A stretch of 64,000 bases of DNA from an uncultured delta proteobacterium (GTDB lineage: Bacteria; Myxococcota_A; Polyangia; Polyangiales; B10-G4). The number at the start of each line of letters is the position of its first letter. The first letter of the stretch is position 1. Location: the NCBI GenBank assembly GCA_963727445.1, contig CAVSGI010000021.1, positions 448,001 through 512,000 of the forward strand, given 5' to 3'. A program made the position numbers and the translations under genes. The notes beneath the pieces are model-generated. The model saw only the letters and a program-made list of their open reading frames with translations, ran no database searches and had not been told where the DNA came from. Shown here one piece after another: positions 28,000 through 37,852 of this stretch.

Positions 28000-30066
28000 A
28001 TGGACGCAGAGGTCGATCGGCGTGGCAGAGGTGGGGCTCGGATCCCTCTCGAATCTCACGTGGAGCTCACCCACGAGGGGTTCGCGGAGAAGTTCGAGGC
28101 GGACGGAGTGAACGTGAGCCAGGGAGGGCTCGCGATGCGCTCCTCGTACCTTCCGCACGTCGGGGCGAAGCTGCGTTGCCGCTTCCCAGGCGCGCGCGGG
28201 GCCCTGGTGGAGGCCGGGGCGGAGGTCGTCTGGTCGAGTGACAAGGGGCCTCACACAGGGGAGTTCGGCCTGCGCTTCCTCGAGCTCGACGCCGAGACCA
28301 GCGACGCCATTCGCACCCTGCTCCACGGCCGCAGCTATCTGCCCCCGGCGCCGGGGCAGGCCCGCGGGGCCGAGGACACCATCGACGAGCCGGTGGGCCC
28401 GAGCGCCATCTCCCTCGAGATCGAGGGGGTGCCGTCGGCGATTCGCGCGGGCATCGTCTCGGAGGACGAAGACGTCCTCACCGTGTCCCAGGAGCTCTCG
28501 TTCCTGCGTCTGAAGACCGGCGTCACCGTCCAGAAGGATGGCCGCCGCGGCCGGATCGAGGGGATCGACCTCCTGGTCGACGGTGACACGCCCCGCCTGA
28601 TGATCGACATCGTCTTCGAGGACGCCCTGGTGGTGCCGGCGGCGGAGTCGACGCTCCCCGACTTCCTCCCCCCGGCGCCTGCCGAGGAGGAGACGGCGGT
28701 CGATCTCTCGGCTCCCGAGAGCTTCGCGCACGACGACGAAGACGAGGACGAGATCGACGAGGCGATCGAGGCGGCCCTCGACGGGCTCGCCAGCCCCGGT
28801 CCTCGCATCGTGCACGTGGGGCGCGCCAGTCATCTGATGGACACGCCCTCGGTGGACACCGGGATCCCGGGCAGCATCGACGAGGCCCTGGCGGCGGTGG
28901 TCGCCGAGGAGGAGCCCGCGGCCGAAGCAGCCCCGGCCAAGATCGAGGAGGACGCGGTGGTCCTCCCGAAGAACGGTCCGGCCGAGGTCCTGGCCGGCAT
29001 CCGGCGCTCGGCGAAGGAGATCGTTCCGACGCTGATCCCGAAGCTTCGCCTCTTCTTGGCCAAGGTCCGCCCCGCGCTGGTAATGCTCTCCGCCAAGGCG
29101 CGCACCTTCTGGGCGACCTTCAAGGCCGAGCGCGCGCCCAAGCTCGCGGCGGCGATCGAAAAGGCGCTTGCCTACGCGAAGCGCGGTTATTCGACACTGT
29201 CGGCCAAGATCGGCGAGCGGCTCCCGGCGCTCGCGAACAAGACGCGCCGCCGGCGCAAGACGGCGCCACCTCCCGCCGACTCGAACGTCACCCGCCGTCG
29301 CGCGAAGAAGCGCGGCGCCAAGGCGCAGAAGCCCGAAAAGCGTCGCCGTCGGACGCTGGCGCTCTCCGCGGCGGCCTTCGTCGGTGTCGGACTCGCCGCC
29401 TGGGCGCTCATGCCGGGCGAAGAGACCGTCGACGCAGCCGACCCCCTCGCCGGCCATCAGCCGCTGGTCGCCGAGACCTCCGAGGCGGCTCCCGCGCCGG
29501 CACCCACCGCCACCGACACCGCCGCGAGCTCCACCGCAGCCGCGACGCCGGCGGCCTCCGCCGAGCCGATCACTCCGACGATGCCCCGCGCCCTCGGCGA
29601 GGCTTCGCGCGAGGCCGGACCCATGCCCGCGCCGACCTTCCCCTCGCTGAGCGAAGGTGCGCGACCGCAGGCGCCGCAGGCTCTGCCCGAGGGCTCCCCC
29701 TACGCGGTGGATGTCCGCGAAGGTGGGAACGCGACGGCGGCGCCGGCGGGCGTGACCAGCGAAGGCACTGTCTTCGGTGCCCCCGACGTTCCGGGCGGCC
29801 GCAGCTTCCTCATCCGCATGAGCCAGCCGGTCACCGTGGTGCGCGGCACCGCGCGGCCCGACGGCTTCACGGTGACGGTTCCGAACAGCCTCTCCCTCGA
29901 TCGCGCGGGGCCCATCGCGGCCTCCCACCCGCTGGTGGAGCGCTCGATGATCCTCAATCGGGGCGATCACTCCGAGCTCACCATCACCTTCGCGGAAGGT
30001 CAGAGCCCGGCTTATCGGGTGAGCGCGCGGGGCTCGGCGATCGAAGTCCTGATCGCCCGCCGCTGA
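28000..30066 (+). CDS. PilZ-domain bitopic membrane protein
   Basis: RxxxR (RGGAR) and NVSQGGL PilZ motifs, acidic linker, TM LALSAAAFVGVGLAAW, periplasmic C-terminal domain; GAGGAG SD. Confidence 0.85.
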   Translation: MDAEVDRRGRGGARIPLESHVELTHEGFAEKFEADGVNVSQGGLAMRSSYLPHVGAKLRCRFPGARGALVEAGAEVVWSSDKGPHTGEFGLRFLELDAETSDAIRTLLHGRSYLPPAPGQARGAEDTIDEPVGPSAISLEIEGVPSAIRAGIVSEDEDVLTVSQELSFLRLKTGVTVQKDGRRGRIEGIDLLVDGDTPRLMIDIVFEDALVVPAAESTLPDFLPPAPAEEETAVDLSAPESFAHDDEDEDEIDEAIEAALDGLASPGPRIVHVGRASHLMDTPSVDTGIPGSIDEALAAVVAEEEPAAEAAPAKIEEDAVVLPKNGPAEVLAGIRRSAKEIVPTLIPKLRLFLAKVRPALVMLSAKARTFWATFKAERAPKLAAAIEKALAYAKRGYSTLSAKIGERLPALANKTRRRRKTAPPPADSNVTRRRAKKRGAKAQKPEKRRRRTLALSAAAFVGVGLAAWALMPGEETVDAADPLAGHQPLVAETSEAAPAPAPTATDTAASSTAAATPAASAEPITPTMPRALGEASREAGPMPAPTFPSLSEGARPQAPQALPEGSPYAVDVREGGNATAAPAGVTSEGTVFGAPDVPGGRSFLIRMSQPVTVVRGTARPDGFTVTVPNSLSLDRAGPIAASHPLVERSMILNRGDHSELTITFAEGQSPAYRVSARGSAIEVLIARR

Positions 30067-30108
30067 GCCCCGCTCATCTCGGCGAAACGCTTCGACTTTC
30101 CCCGAGGT

Positions 30109-30134
30109 GGAACATCATCGCCTCCCGCGTGTTG
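30109..30134 (+). promoter_or_regulatory. Possible ECF-sigma promoter GGAAC-N17-GTT upstream of the HtrA gene
   Basis: Motif seen; ECF control of htrA-type genes is common, but the motif is short. Confidence 0.3.
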
Positions 30135-30200
30135 TCCCGTGGGAAATACGGTGCGCCAATTCGCACGTAGAGAGCACTCGAACCTGAGGGCACTCCGAAG

Positions 30201-31655
30201 ATGATGACCAAGACACGACGATTCACCATGGGGCTCGCCATCGTCCTGACCGCCGCCGCTTGCGCCCTCATGCCGGGCGCTTTCGGTCGCGGCCATGGCC
30301 ACGCCCAGACCCGCGAAGAAAACCAACCCACCGCCCAGGAGCCGCAACCTGCGGCCGGTGGGAACGGCGCCATCGCCGATGCCACGCGCGTAGGGGACGC
30401 CGTCGCCACGGTGGCCCAGCGCGTCTCACCTTCGGTGGTGACGCTCCTGGTGGAGACACCCCGGCAGAACCCCATGGCCGGCTTTCCCTTCGGTCCCCGG
30501 GGCGGCGGTGGCGATTCCCAGATCGCGACAGGCAACGGCTCGGGCGTGATCATCCGCGGCGACGGCTACATCCTGACCAACAACCACGTCGTCGAGAACG
30601 CCATCCGCATCGACGTCGTCCTTCAGGATGGGCGCCACCTCCCCGCCACGGTGGTCGGCACCGACACCGCCACCGACCTGGCGGTGGTGCGCGTATCGGC
30701 GCGTGGCCTGCCGGCGGCCGATTGGGGTGATTCGGACGCCGCGCGCGTCGGTGAGTGGGTGGTCGCCATCGGCGCACCCTTCGGTCTCGACTACACCGTC
30801 ACCGCGGGCGTGCTCTCGGCGACGGGCCGCGGCATCGGCGCCAACGAGATCGAGGACTACCTGCAGACCGACGCGAGCATCAATCCGGGCAACTCCGGCG
30901 GACCGCTGGTGAACCTGCACGGGCAGATCCTCGGCATCAACACCATGATCATCGGGCGCGGTAGCGGTATCGGCTTCGCGATCCCCTCGTCGATGGCGCA
31001 CCTGGTGGCGGACCAGTTGATCCAGAACGGTGTGGTGCGGCGCGCCTACGTCGGCGTCGGCTTCCAGGAGCTCACTCCCGAGCTCGCCGGTCATTTCCGC
31101 GCACCGGGTGGGCACGGCGCGCTCGTCAACCACGTCGAGGCGGGTGGACCCGCCGAGCGCGCGGGTCTCGAGGAGGGCGACATCATCCTCTCGGTGGGCA
31201 ACGTGACGGTTCGCGAAGGGCGTGATCTCCTGCGCGAAGTCATCCGGCGCCCCGTCGGCGCCAACGTGCAGCTCAGCGTCCTGCGCAACGGCCGCCGCCG
31301 GAGCTTCACCGTCACCACCGCCGAGCGTCCGAACCAGCAACCGCAGCGCCCACCGCCGCGACCGGCGGTGCAGCCCCGCGGTCATGGCCACGGCGCCCAG
31401 CTGCGTCCGCTCAATCCGCAGATCCGCCGTCAGATCGGCTACGCCGGTCCCGGCGACGTGGTGGTGGCGCGCGTGCAGAGCGGCTCCGCGGCCGAGCGGG
31501 CGGGCCTCCGTGCCGGCGACGTGATCCTCCGGGCCGACCGCAAGCCGGTGAGCGCGCCGCGCATCGTCGACGAAGCCCTCGCGGGTGACCACGAAGCGCT
31601 GCTGCGCGTTCAACGCCGGGACCGGCGCTTCTTCACCGTGCTGTCGACGCGCTGA
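30201..31655 (+). CDS. HtrA/DegQ family serine protease (trypsin + 2 PDZ)
   Basis: GSGVII, LTNNHVV, TDLAVV, QTDASINPGNSGGPL, two PDZ domains. Confidence 0.95.
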   Translation: MMTKTRRFTMGLAIVLTAAACALMPGAFGRGHGHAQTREENQPTAQEPQPAAGGNGAIADATRVGDAVATVAQRVSPSVVTLLVETPRQNPMAGFPFGPRGGGGDSQIATGNGSGVIIRGDGYILTNNHVVENAIRIDVVLQDGRHLPATVVGTDTATDLAVVRVSARGLPAADWGDSDAARVGEWVVAIGAPFGLDYTVTAGVLSATGRGIGANEIEDYLQTDASINPGNSGGPLVNLHGQILGINTMIIGRGSGIGFAIPSSMAHLVADQLIQNGVVRRAYVGVGFQELTPELAGHFRAPGGHGALVNHVEAGGPAERAGLEEGDIILSVGNVTVREGRDLLREVIRRPVGANVQLSVLRNGRRRSFTVTTAERPNQQPQRPPPRPAVQPRGHGHGAQLRPLNPQIRRQIGYAGPGDVVVARVQSGSAAERAGLRAGDVILRADRKPVSAPRIVDEALAGDHEALLRVQRRDRRFFTVLSTR

Positions 31656-31666
31656 GGGCGCAGCCC

Positions 31667-33391
31667 TCAAGCGCCGCCGGGCGGGAGCTTCACGACGAAG
31701 GTCGTGCCCTCGCCCGGCTCGCTCCGCACTTCGATCTCGCCGCGGTGGGTGTCGACGATGTTCCTGACGATCGACAGACCGAGCCCGGTGCCGAGGCCTT
31801 CCTTCTTGGTGGAGTAGAAGGGCTCGAAGATCTGCCGGAGCTTCTCCGGAGGGATCCCGTCCCCGTCGTCCTCGACCTCGACGACGATGTCGCCCGCCAC
31901 GTCGGCGTCGACGCTGATGCGGATGTGACCGCCGGGGTCCACGGCGTGACAGGCATTGGTGACCAGGTTGATGAAGACCTGGTGAAGCTGGCCGGCGATG
32001 CCGACGATCGGCGGCACGTCGTCGGCGTAGCTCCTCTGCAGCACGACCTGGCGCTCCTGCAGGACGTGGTCACAGAAGACAAGCGCCTTGTCGATCACGT
32101 CGCAGACGCCGAGAAGCACCGGTGCCTCGCTCGCGGGACGTGCATAGGTGACCAGGTCTTTGGTGAAGCGGAGGATGCGATCGGAGGCGTCGACGATGCG
32201 CCGCGCCTTCTCGACGTCGCCAGGGTCCGCGCCCGAAGCGTCGAGCTTCTGGTGCAGGTAGTCGCCGTAGACCGAGATGCTGGTGAGCGGGTTGTTCAGC
32301 TCGTGCACGACACCCGCGGCGAGCTGGCCCAGGGTCGCGAGCTTCTCTGCCTGGATCACCTGCTCCTGGAGCTCGGCCACCTCGGTGCGGTCGCGCCCGA
32401 TGGCGATCACCGCCTCCACCGCGCCGTCGGCCGAGAGGATGGACGCGGCGTTGATGGTGAGCCGGGCGGAGCCGCCGCGACGCCGCGGCAGTCGCAGCTC
32501 GAAGTTGCGCGTGGGCACGCCGCGCAGGGCGTCGATGAAGACCGGGAGCAGCCGCGAGTGCTCCTCGGCGGGCAGGAGCTCGAAGAGATCGCGACCGAGG
32601 ATCTGCTCGGCGTCGATCTGCAGGACCTTGGAAAAGGCCCGGTTGGCCACCCGGATCTCGCGCTTGTGTCCGATGACGATGATGGGCGCGTTGGCATGCT
32701 CGAGGATCTTCGCGAGGTAGTCGCGTAGATAGACCGACTCGCGGAGCAAGCGCGCGCTGCGCAGCACCGCGCCCAGCTGAAGGGCGAAGGGGACGAGGAT
32801 CGAGATGTCGGCCGCGGGCACCGACACCCCCACCGGGTACTCCACCGCCAGCACGCCTGCGACCCGCTTGCGATCGAAGAGCGGGACGTCGAAGCCCTCC
32901 GCGCCCTCGGTGAAGATCGGCACGTAGCCATCGGTGAGCGTGACACCACCCGGGACCAGATCACCCTCGATGTGGAAGTGGCGCAAAACCGCCTCGCGGC
33001 TCAAGGTGATGTGGTCTCGCGCGCTCTCGCGAAGCAGACCGTTGGTCTCGAGGTGGTGGGGCTGGTCGGCCTCTTCCGCTGTCAGGCGGATGGCGAAGAG
33101 CCTCTCTGGGAAGAGCCGCTCGAGCGCGCTCAGGTAGGTCTTGGCGAGCTGGGGGCGGCTCATCTCCGGAGAGGTGGTCGCGGCCAGGGTCAACAGCTCG
33201 GCGGTGACCTGATCGGGGCCCGGTGGGCCGAAGCCGCCCGGGAAGGTCGGGGCGGAATGGGCCGCGAGAGCGCGCTCTACTTCGGCGCGCGGGAAGGGCC
33301 CGGTGTTCGGCGCCTCCTCTTTGGGGACGCGACCGCTCTCACGAGGCTCGAACTTCTCGTCGTCCTTTTTGTCTCTCTTCCCGCCGCCCAA
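31667..33391 (-). CDS. Sensor histidine kinase (GAF-like, PAS, HisKA, HATPase)
   Basis: LAAGVVHELNNPL, QVFINLVTNA, DDGDGI, FEPFYSTK, GTGLGL; TTG start. Confidence 0.92.
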   Translation of the reverse strand: MGGGKRDKKDDEKFEPRESGRVPKEEAPNTGPFPRAEVERALAAHSAPTFPGGFGPPGPDQVTAELLTLAATTSPEMSRPQLAKTYLSALERLFPERLFAIRLTAEEADQPHHLETNGLLRESARDHITLSREAVLRHFHIEGDLVPGGVTLTDGYVPIFTEGAEGFDVPLFDRKRVAGVLAVEYPVGVSVPAADISILVPFALQLGAVLRSARLLRESVYLRDYLAKILEHANAPIIVIGHKREIRVANRAFSKVLQIDAEQILGRDLFELLPAEEHSRLLPVFIDALRGVPTRNFELRLPRRRGGSARLTINAASILSADGAVEAVIAIGRDRTEVAELQEQVIQAEKLATLGQLAAGVVHELNNPLTSISVYGDYLHQKLDASGADPGDVEKARRIVDASDRILRFTKDLVTYARPASEAPVLLGVCDVIDKALVFCDHVLQERQVVLQRSYADDVPPIVGIAGQLHQVFINLVTNACHAVDPGGHIRISVDADVAGDIVVEVEDDGDGIPPEKLRQIFEPFYSTKKEGLGTGLGLSIVRNIVDTHRGEIEVRSEPGEGTTFVVKLPPGGA

Positions 33392-33394
33392 CTC

Positions 33395-35434
33395 CTACTC
33401 CCGCGCGGGCTCGGACGATCTGTCCGACTCCGCGGCCCCCGATGCTTTGTCCAGATCCAGGATCCGCTGCTCCCCGACGTAAGACTTGGTCTCGTACTTC
33501 GTGATCTTGCCGATCTTGCGCACGATGTCCGCCATGCGCTCGGACTCGCGCACGATGATGTCGGCAGCGCGATGCTCCGCGCTCTCGCGATCGAGCTTGC
33601 GCTTGAGGAGCTCGGCGTAACCCATCACGCTGGTGAGCGGCTGGTTCAGCTCGTGAGCGGCCGTGCCCGCCAGCTCCGCGATGAGCGCCTGCTTCTCGGT
33701 GACGGCGAGCTTCTCCTGTGCCTGCGCCAGCCGCTCCTCGACGCGCAGCCGCTCTCGAAGATCGGTGAAGATGCCGAAGGTGGCGACGGGCTGGTCGCCC
33801 TCGTAGATGAGCGCCGCCGAAAGGGCGATGGGCACACGCTCCCCGGTCTCGTTGAGCGCGTCCAGGCGGATCTGCTCGATTCGTCCCTCTCCACCGTGCT
33901 GCGGCGAGCGCATCATGACCAGGACGTCGTGCGCGATCCCCTCGGGGTAGAGGTCGCGAACGTTCATCTTCCCGATGACGTCCGTGGCTGGATAGCCGTA
34001 GATGCGCTCGGCGCCCTCGTTGAAGAGGATGATGGTCCCCTCCATGTCGGCGGCCACGATCCCGTCCGGGCTCGCGTGGATCAGCGACTCCAGGAACTCC
34101 TTGGTCTGGACCAGCTCGCTCTCCATCTGCCGCGCCTCGGTCACGTCGCGGAAGGTGAAGAGCACGGCGCCTTCCCCCGAGAGAAGCGACGAGAAGGCGA
34201 CGTTGGCGATGAGCGCCGAGCCGTCCTTCCTCCGAAGCCTGAGGTCGACGTCTGCCGGGAAGGAGTCCTCCTCGAAGCCGTCCCAGATGGTCTTCGCCAG
34301 CGTGGCGTCGTCGGGATGGATCAGCATCTTCACCTTCTGTCCGGTGAAGGCGCCCTCCTCGTAGGACAGGAGCTGATAGGCGCGCGGGTTGGCGAAGAGG
34401 AGGTTGCCGTCGGCGTCCACCACGGCGATGCCGTCCGCCGAAGACTCGAAGAGGTCGGCGTATCGTTCGAGGCTTCGAAGGCGCCGCTCCGCTTCGAAGC
34501 GAGCGAAGGTGACCTGCTGGGTGTGATCCCGGAGCGACTGCATCACGCGAGCGTTGCGGAGCGCGATGGCGGTGGCGTTGGCCACGATGCGGCAGAAGCC
34601 CATCTCGCGTTCGGCGACGCCGCGCCCGGGGGTCGCGGCGCGGAGGAAGAGCACGCCCAGCACCTGCTCGCGCCACACGATCGGCAGCAGGAACATCGAG
34701 CGGAAGGGCGTCGGCACGTCGTCGCGCACACCGTCGAGGATGGGGTGGGTGGTCGCGTCGTCGATGAGGAGCGGCTCGCCGGTGGCGAGGACCTGTCGGA
34801 TCTCCGGGTACTTCCCCAGGTCGATCTTGAGGTTGGAGAGCTTCTCGTCGTCCGAGGCCACCACGACGTAGCCGACGTCGCCCTGGTCCTGCTCGGGCGA
34901 CAGCACGATCGAGACCCGGTCCACCTTCACGACCTCGGCGATGCGCCGGACGACGGTGAAGAGGATCTCCCGGAGGTCCAGCGAGGACGCCAGCGCCTGC
35001 GTGAGGTCGAGCATCGCCTTGGCGTCCTGCTCCTTGCGCGCCAGGGCGAGCGAGTGGTCCCGGAGCCTCAGGTGGCTGCGGATGCGGGCGAGGAGCTCCT
35101 GGGCACGGATCGGCTTGCGGACGAAGTCCTCCGCGCCGGCCTCGAACGCTCGTGTGAGCTCGCCCTCGCCTTCGAGGCTGGTGACGACCAGGATCGGCAC
35201 CTCTCTGGTACGCGGGTCGGCCTTGAGGCCCTCGAGGAGCTCGAAGCCGCGATCCTCACCCAGGGCGAGCTCGAGGAGAATGGCGTCCGGCTCCTCTGCG
35301 TAGACGGCGTCGCGCGCGCTCTGCCCGTCGGCGACGAGCACGACCTCGAAGCCGCCACCCGTCAGCATCTTGCCGAGGGCGCTTCGATTCTCGTCGTCGG
35401 GATCGACGACCAGGATGCGCTGCAGGTCCGTCAT
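33395..35434 (-). CDS. Receiver-GAF-PAS-PAS-HisKA signalling protein lacking the ATPase domain
   Basis: N-terminal receiver, two PAS, AHELNQPL H-box, stop about 70 aa later. Confidence 0.9.
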   Translation of the reverse strand: MTDLQRILVVDPDDENRSALGKMLTGGGFEVVLVADGQSARDAVYAEEPDAILLELALGEDRGFELLEGLKADPRTREVPILVVTSLEGEGELTRAFEAGAEDFVRKPIRAQELLARIRSHLRLRDHSLALARKEQDAKAMLDLTQALASSLDLREILFTVVRRIAEVVKVDRVSIVLSPEQDQGDVGYVVVASDDEKLSNLKIDLGKYPEIRQVLATGEPLLIDDATTHPILDGVRDDVPTPFRSMFLLPIVWREQVLGVLFLRAATPGRGVAEREMGFCRIVANATAIALRNARVMQSLRDHTQQVTFARFEAERRLRSLERYADLFESSADGIAVVDADGNLLFANPRAYQLLSYEEGAFTGQKVKMLIHPDDATLAKTIWDGFEEDSFPADVDLRLRRKDGSALIANVAFSSLLSGEGAVLFTFRDVTEARQMESELVQTKEFLESLIHASPDGIVAADMEGTIILFNEGAERIYGYPATDVIGKMNVRDLYPEGIAHDVLVMMRSPQHGGEGRIEQIRLDALNETGERVPIALSAALIYEGDQPVATFGIFTDLRERLRVEERLAQAQEKLAVTEKQALIAELAGTAAHELNQPLTSVMGYAELLKRKLDRESAEHRAADIIVRESERMADIVRKIGKITKYETKSYVGEQRILDLDKASGAAESDRSSEPARE

Positions 35435-35473
35435 CTTCAGCGAGTACTGAAAGGGAGATTAGCAGGCCCCTCA

Positions 35474-35517
35474 GGAGAAGGCGAAGCGAGGCCGAGCCGC
35501 CTTGGAGAAGGCGAAGC
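35474..35517. repeat. 14-bp direct repeat GGAGAAGGCGAAGC x2, 30-bp period
   Basis: Copies at 35474-35487 and 35504-35517 in a divergent intergenic region. Confidence 0.7.
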
Positions 35518-35609
35518 CACGGTTCGCCAGGAGTGACTTGCCGGCGCAGTGCACTGCGCAATTGCGGATCCTGGCCCGCTTCGCGGGCCCGTCGTATGCT
35601 GCTTCAGCA

Positions 35610-36728
35610 ATGCGGGCCTGGCCCATCGCTGCGGCCGTGGTAGCCGCTCTTCTCGGCGCGAACGTCGCGGTCGCACAGGACGATTCCGCCCAGGACGGCC
35701 CGCCCGGGGGAGACGATGACGACGCTGGTGAGGCACTCGAGCGCCCTCCGGCCGATGGGAGAGAAGACACACGGCGCGTCGCCATCGTGGTGCTCGCGTC
35801 CTCCGGCGTGGACCCCGAGACGGCGGACTCGCTGACGGAGCTCGCGATCGGCGCTGTGGCTGCGCGCGGTCGCGTCTCGATCGTCGGCAAGGAAGAATTC
35901 CAGGCGCAGCTCGGCCAGGGCGAAGCGAGGAGCGCGGAGTGCGTCACCTCCACCGCGTGCCTGGGGCGCGTGGGCGTGCAGCTCGGCGTCGACGAGCTGA
36001 TCGCCGGGACCGTCGCGCGCCGCGGCGATCGCTGGGTCTTCAACCTCAACCGGATCGAGATCCGAACGGGGGAGCTCGCTGGGCGCATCTTCAAAGAGGT
36101 CACGGGCGACGTGGGCGCCGTCGCTGACGCGGTTCAGGACGCGATTCCGGAGCTCTACGCGCGGGTGAGCACGCCGGGCGCGCTCATGGTCTCGGCCAAC
36201 GTCGAAGGTGCCGAGGTCGTCGTGGACGGGGTGCTCATCGGGGTCTACCGCGGCGAAGCGGTACAGCTCGACGACGTGGCCCCGGGGCGCCACGAGCTTC
36301 AGGTGAGCGCGGCCGGCTACTTCGACTGGAGCCGCGTGGTGAACGTCGCCGAGGGCGCCACGATGCAGATCGAAGCCGCGCTCGAGGTGCCGACCACCGG
36401 CGAGGAGTCCGGTGGGATCTCGCCCCTCTTGTGGATCGGTCTCGGGGTGGGCGTCGTGGCGGGTGGGCTCGCGACTTACTTCGGCGTGTCCTCTCAGTCG
36501 ACGCCGAGCCCCGAGCTGACGATGCGGCAGAGGGACGAGTTCTTCTCCGCGCGCTCGACCGAAGCAATCGTCACCGACGTCCTCATCGGTGTCGCCGTCG
36601 CTGGCGGGCTCGTCGCAATCCTGGGCCTGCTCTTCAGCGACTTCGGCGGCGATGACCCGGTGATCCAGGCAGGCGTGGCGCCGCTGCGGAACGGCGCCGC
36701 GCTCAGCGTTCGCGGGAGGCTGCCGTGA
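35610..36728 (+). CDS. PEGA domain-containing secreted/membrane protein
   Basis: Signal peptide; LMVSANVEGAEVVVDG..PGRHELQVSAAGY; C-terminal hydrophobic helices. Confidence 0.85.
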   Translation: MRAWPIAAAVVAALLGANVAVAQDDSAQDGPPGGDDDDAGEALERPPADGREDTRRVAIVVLASSGVDPETADSLTELAIGAVAARGRVSIVGKEEFQAQLGQGEARSAECVTSTACLGRVGVQLGVDELIAGTVARRGDRWVFNLNRIEIRTGELAGRIFKEVTGDVGAVADAVQDAIPELYARVSTPGALMVSANVEGAEVVVDGVLIGVYRGEAVQLDDVAPGRHELQVSAAGYFDWSRVVNVAEGATMQIEAALEVPTTGEESGGISPLLWIGLGVGVVAGGLATYFGVSSQSTPSPELTMRQRDEFFSARSTEAIVTDVLIGVAVAGGLVAILGLLFSDFGGDDPVIQAGVAPLRNGAALSVRGRLP

Positions 36729-37852
36729 GGATCGGCGGGGCGATCCTCCTCGTCGTCCTCTCGGGCGCATGCACCGTCGACGATAGCTCCCTCTACACCG
36801 ACCTCTTCCAGTGCGAGGCGTCGAACGACTGCAGCGACAACTGGAGCTGCGTGCGCGCCACGCCTTACGCGTCCGACTTCTGCGCGCCCGATTGCGCGTC
36901 CGACTGCGACGGCGTGTGCGTCAAGCAAGGCGACAACGAGAGCTGCCTGAAGGGCTGCCGCATCCTCGACGACAACTCCACCAGCGAGTGTCAGTCTTCC
37001 GACTACGACTGCATCCGCGTGAGCGCGCAGGAGGACGTGGGCATCTGTTACCCGGTGCAGGGCTGCACCGAATCGGGGGATTGCGATACGGGCGAGGAGT
37101 GCCTCACCACTCTCGCGGTCGCCTTCGGGATCAGCGGCGGCGGCTATCGCGTGGACAACCTCTACTGCGTGCCCGCGCCCAGCGACCCGGCGGACTGTCC
37201 GGCGCGCTCGGTGCACACCAGCGCCATCTTCACCGGCGACCCGGGCTTCGAGATGTGCCTTCCCGTGTGCGATGCATCCGACTCGCGCTGTCCGCCCGCC
37301 TTCGGCTGCCTGAGGCAGCTCGCGGGGGCCGGCGGTCTCGCCGCGTGCCTCCCGGGCATCTACGGGATCCCCTGCGACGACGACACCAACTGCATGCTCG
37401 GGCACTGCCTCGACACCGGCGCCGGCGGCCGCTTCTGCACCACGACCTGCGGCGACGCTGAGCGCATCGACTTCGGGTGCGAGAACATCTCTCGAGACCT
37501 CAACGAGTTCGGGCTGCGCTACCGCCTGGAATGCGACCCGGCGGCCGGTGGCGGTAACGACGGGGGCCTCTGTGTCCCGCGCTACGAGATCGGGATGCCG
37601 TGCACCGAACCGGAGAGCGACACCTTCGTCTGCGCGTCGGGGCTGGAGTGTGTCGCCTTCGCCGACGGGGGCCAGACGATCTGCACCAAGGAGTGCGCGA
37701 CCAGCGACGATTGCAACCAGACGGGGCGGTCGGGGAACAACTACTGCTCTTCCATCGTCGACTACTGCTCGCCGAAGGGTGGGACCGGCGTGCGGTGTCT
37801 CCGCGGCGAGGAATGTCTGAGCAACAACTGTGATGGCGGGAGGTGCGCCTGA
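36725..37852 (+). CDS. Cys-rich lipoprotein
   Basis: Lipobox SGAC; dense Cys repeats; GTGA overlap with the PEGA gene. Confidence 0.8.
   Translation: MRIGGAILLVVLSGACTVDDSSLYTDLFQCEASNDCSDNWSCVRATPYASDFCAPDCASDCDGVCVKQGDNESCLKGCRILDDNSTSECQSSDYDCIRVSAQEDVGICYPVQGCTESGDCDTGEECLTTLAVAFGISGGGYRVDNLYCVPAPSDPADCPARSVHTSAIFTGDPGFEMCLPVCDASDSRCPPAFGCLRQLAGAGGLAACLPGIYGIPCDDDTNCMLGHCLDTGAGGRFCTTTCGDAERIDFGCENISRDLNEFGLRYRLECDPAAGGGNDGGLCVPRYEIGMPCTEPESDTFVCASGLECVAFADGGQTICTKECATSDDCNQTGRSGNNYCSSIVDYCSPKGGTGVRCLRGEECLSNNCDGGRCA

Noticed and set aside
32972..35536. Long antisense or alternate-frame ORFs (e.g. 854 aa here, 3453-5285, 27910-29970)
   Set aside because: Shadow ORFs expected from high-GC codon bias opposite well-supported genes.
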